This document shows positions 44,571 to 45,875 of a DNA stretch of 45,875 nt, in pieces. The DNA comes from Tissierellia bacterium (lineage in GTDB: Bacteria; Bacillota; Clostridia; Tissierellales; Tissierellaceae). The stretch is taken from assembly GCA_012519355.1 (NCBI GenBank), contig JAAYQJ010000149.1:1-45875 (forward strand), read 5' to 3'. Position 1 is the first letter of the stretch. The number at the start of each line of letters is the position of its first letter. Below the pieces are notes generated by a model that did no database searches, was not told where the DNA came from, and was given only the letters and a program-made list of their open reading frames with translations. A program made the translations under genes and the position numbers.

Positions 44571-45504
44571 TTAATTCTACCTTCTTTCTGCTCTTAAATA
44601 TTTTGAATTCTTTTTTTCCTAACAAACCCTTACTTCTATAAACCATTATTACAAATAAAATAATTGAGTAAATAACCATTCTCAGTTCAGGTATCCCCTG
44701 AAGGAATAATGAAATAATGGATAGTGAGATTGCTCCAAAAATAGACCCATAAGTACTACCTATTCCTCCAAAAACAACTATTACTAATATATCTATAGAT
44801 TTCATAAAACCAAAGGAATCAGGCTTTATAAAATAGAAATAGTTAGCATATAAGGATCCTGCAAGGCCTGCAAAGAAAGCACCTATGGCAAAGGCTAATA
44901 CTTTGTAATAGGTAGTATTGACCCCCATGGATTCAGCTGCTATTTCATCTTCCCTAATGGCTATGCATGCCCTACCATGATAGGAGTTTAAAAACCTATT
45001 AATTAATAGAATTGTTGCAATAACAGAAATAAATATCCATGTCCAATTGGTATACTTAGGTATATCATTAAAGCCTATAGCTCCACCAATATAATCATTA
45101 TTTATTGCTAAAACCCTTACAATTTCACCAAAACCTAAAGTCGCTATAGCTAAGTAATCTCCCTTTAATCTCAAAGTAGGAATACCTATTAATATCCCAG
45201 CTATTGATGCCGTAATCCCTGATAATAATAAGGCTAAAATAAAGGGTTGATTAAGTTTGGCAGTTATTATAGCAGACGTATAGGCGCCAATTGACATAAA
45301 GGCTGCATGACCTAATGAAAACTGACCTGTAAAGCCTGTAATCAAGTTTAAACTAACTGCTAAAATAATATTAATTCCTATAATAACTATATTTAACTCA
45401 TAATATGAATCAATTACTCCAATATTTATCATTATTTGAACCAAAATGTATAATCCAATAAGAAAAATACCTTTTAATATATTTTTGTTCACTTTACTCT
45501 TCAT
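44548..45504 (-). CDS. livM: branched-chain amino acid ABC transporter permease LivM
   Basis: Polytopic permease with GQFSLGHAAFMSIGAY motif, in liv operon context. Confidence 0.85.
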   Translation of the reverse strand: MKSKVNKNILKGIFLIGLYILVQIMINIGVIDSYYELNIVIIGINIILAVSLNLITGFTGQFSLGHAAFMSIGAYTSAIITAKLNQPFILALLLSGITASIAGILIGIPTLRLKGDYLAIATLGFGEIVRVLAINNDYIGGAIGFNDIPKYTNWTWIFISVIATILLINRFLNSYHGRACIAIREDEIAAESMGVNTTYYKVLAFAIGAFFAGLAGSLYANYFYFIKPDSFGFMKSIDILVIVVFGGIGSTYGSIFGAISLSIISLFLQGIPELRMVIYSIILFVIMVYRSKGLLGKKEFKIFKSRKKVELNVGTISK

Positions 45505-45515
45505 CGATACACCTC

Positions 45516-45875
45516 CTATACCTTTTCCTTAATGGTCTTACCTAATAATCCACTAGGTCTAATCAGTAGGACTATAATCAATATACTAAAGGCAACTGCA
45601 TCCTTAAATATAGACCCTCCATAGGCAGAAACTAAAGTTTCAATCATTCCTAGGAAGAAACCCCCAAATACTGCTCCAGGTATAAGCCCAATTCCACCTA
45701 ATACCGCTGCAACGAAAGCTTTTAATCCTGGCACAGTTCCCATTAGTGGATTTATGGTATTATAGTATACTCCTACTAAGACACCTGCTGCTCCTGCTAA
45801 GGCAGATCCTATTGCAAAGGTAAAGGATATAGTTTTATTTATATCTACTCCCATAAGCTGGGCTGCATCCTTATC
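45516..45875 (-). CDS. livH: branched-chain amino acid ABC transporter permease LivH (3' part; the gene continues past the window edge)
   Basis: C-terminal LivH pattern (..KAFVAAVLGGIG...GA..GG..LG..E); the frame is open to position 45875. Confidence 0.8.
   Translation of the reverse strand, partial: DKDAAQLMGVDINKTISFTFAIGSALAGAAGVLVGVYYNTINPLMGTVPGLKAFVAAVLGGIGLIPGAVFGGFFLGMIETLVSAYGGSIFKDAVAFSILIIVLLIRPSGLLGKTIKEKV

Noticed and set aside
1-45875. Mobile element, prophage, CRISPR array, tRNA/rRNA, or a classical defence island.
   Set aside because: No integrase, transposase or recombinase ORFs, no terminal inverted repeats, no direct-repeat arrays and no GC-rich structured-RNA-like segments were seen. 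The context is housekeeping genes throughout.

Overview
AT-rich chromosomal segment from a low-GC, strictly anaerobic Firmicute (Clostridia/Tissierellia-like). Genes are densely packed and mostly on the minus strand. I saw no rRNA, tRNA, CRISPR array, transposase or integrase.

Gene content, left to right:
- MsbA-type ABC exporter.
- addB-addA (helicase-nuclease) operon that runs on into two membrane-protein genes.
- nagZ-like GH3 lipoprotein, glutaminase, a ThrRS-N-terminal/uridine-kinase fusion, and two pseudouridine synthases.
- An unlisted 55-aa DUF1540 ORF, a TIGR01212 radical SAM gene, a Cof-type HAD hydrolase, a DUF1292 protein and pepD.
- A GAF-type free Met-R-SO reductase, nrdD-nrdG with a textbook NrdR-box promoter, and msrA.
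- A divergent RelA/SpoT-type synthetase-only gene paired with a large DUF4153-like membrane protein.
- A five-gene Nqr-type operon (B, C, D, E, F) with no nqrA.
- A csp gene with a long structured leader, an acyl-ACP thioesterase and a MATE exporter.
- An iron locus: Mrp/ApbC, a Zn-ribbon ORF, a DtxR-family regulator and feoAB.
- livHMGF, with livH running off the window edge.

Most interesting observations:
1. The NqrA-less, compact Nqr/Rnf-hybrid-looking operon.
2. The orphan RelA/SpoT-like protein with a roughly 250-aa uncharacterised C-terminal domain, apparently co-transcribed with the polytopic membrane protein.
3. An AddAB variant in which both subunits carry Cas4-like four-Cys nuclease domains. 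Its addB is interrupted by a single in-frame TAG.

Three independent gene lesions occur in 45 kb: the addB TAG, a TAA inside the Rieske motif of a 5'-truncated FAD oxidoreductase, and a homopolymer frameshift in a small gene.

All functional calls rest on motif recognition by eye. No database search was run.
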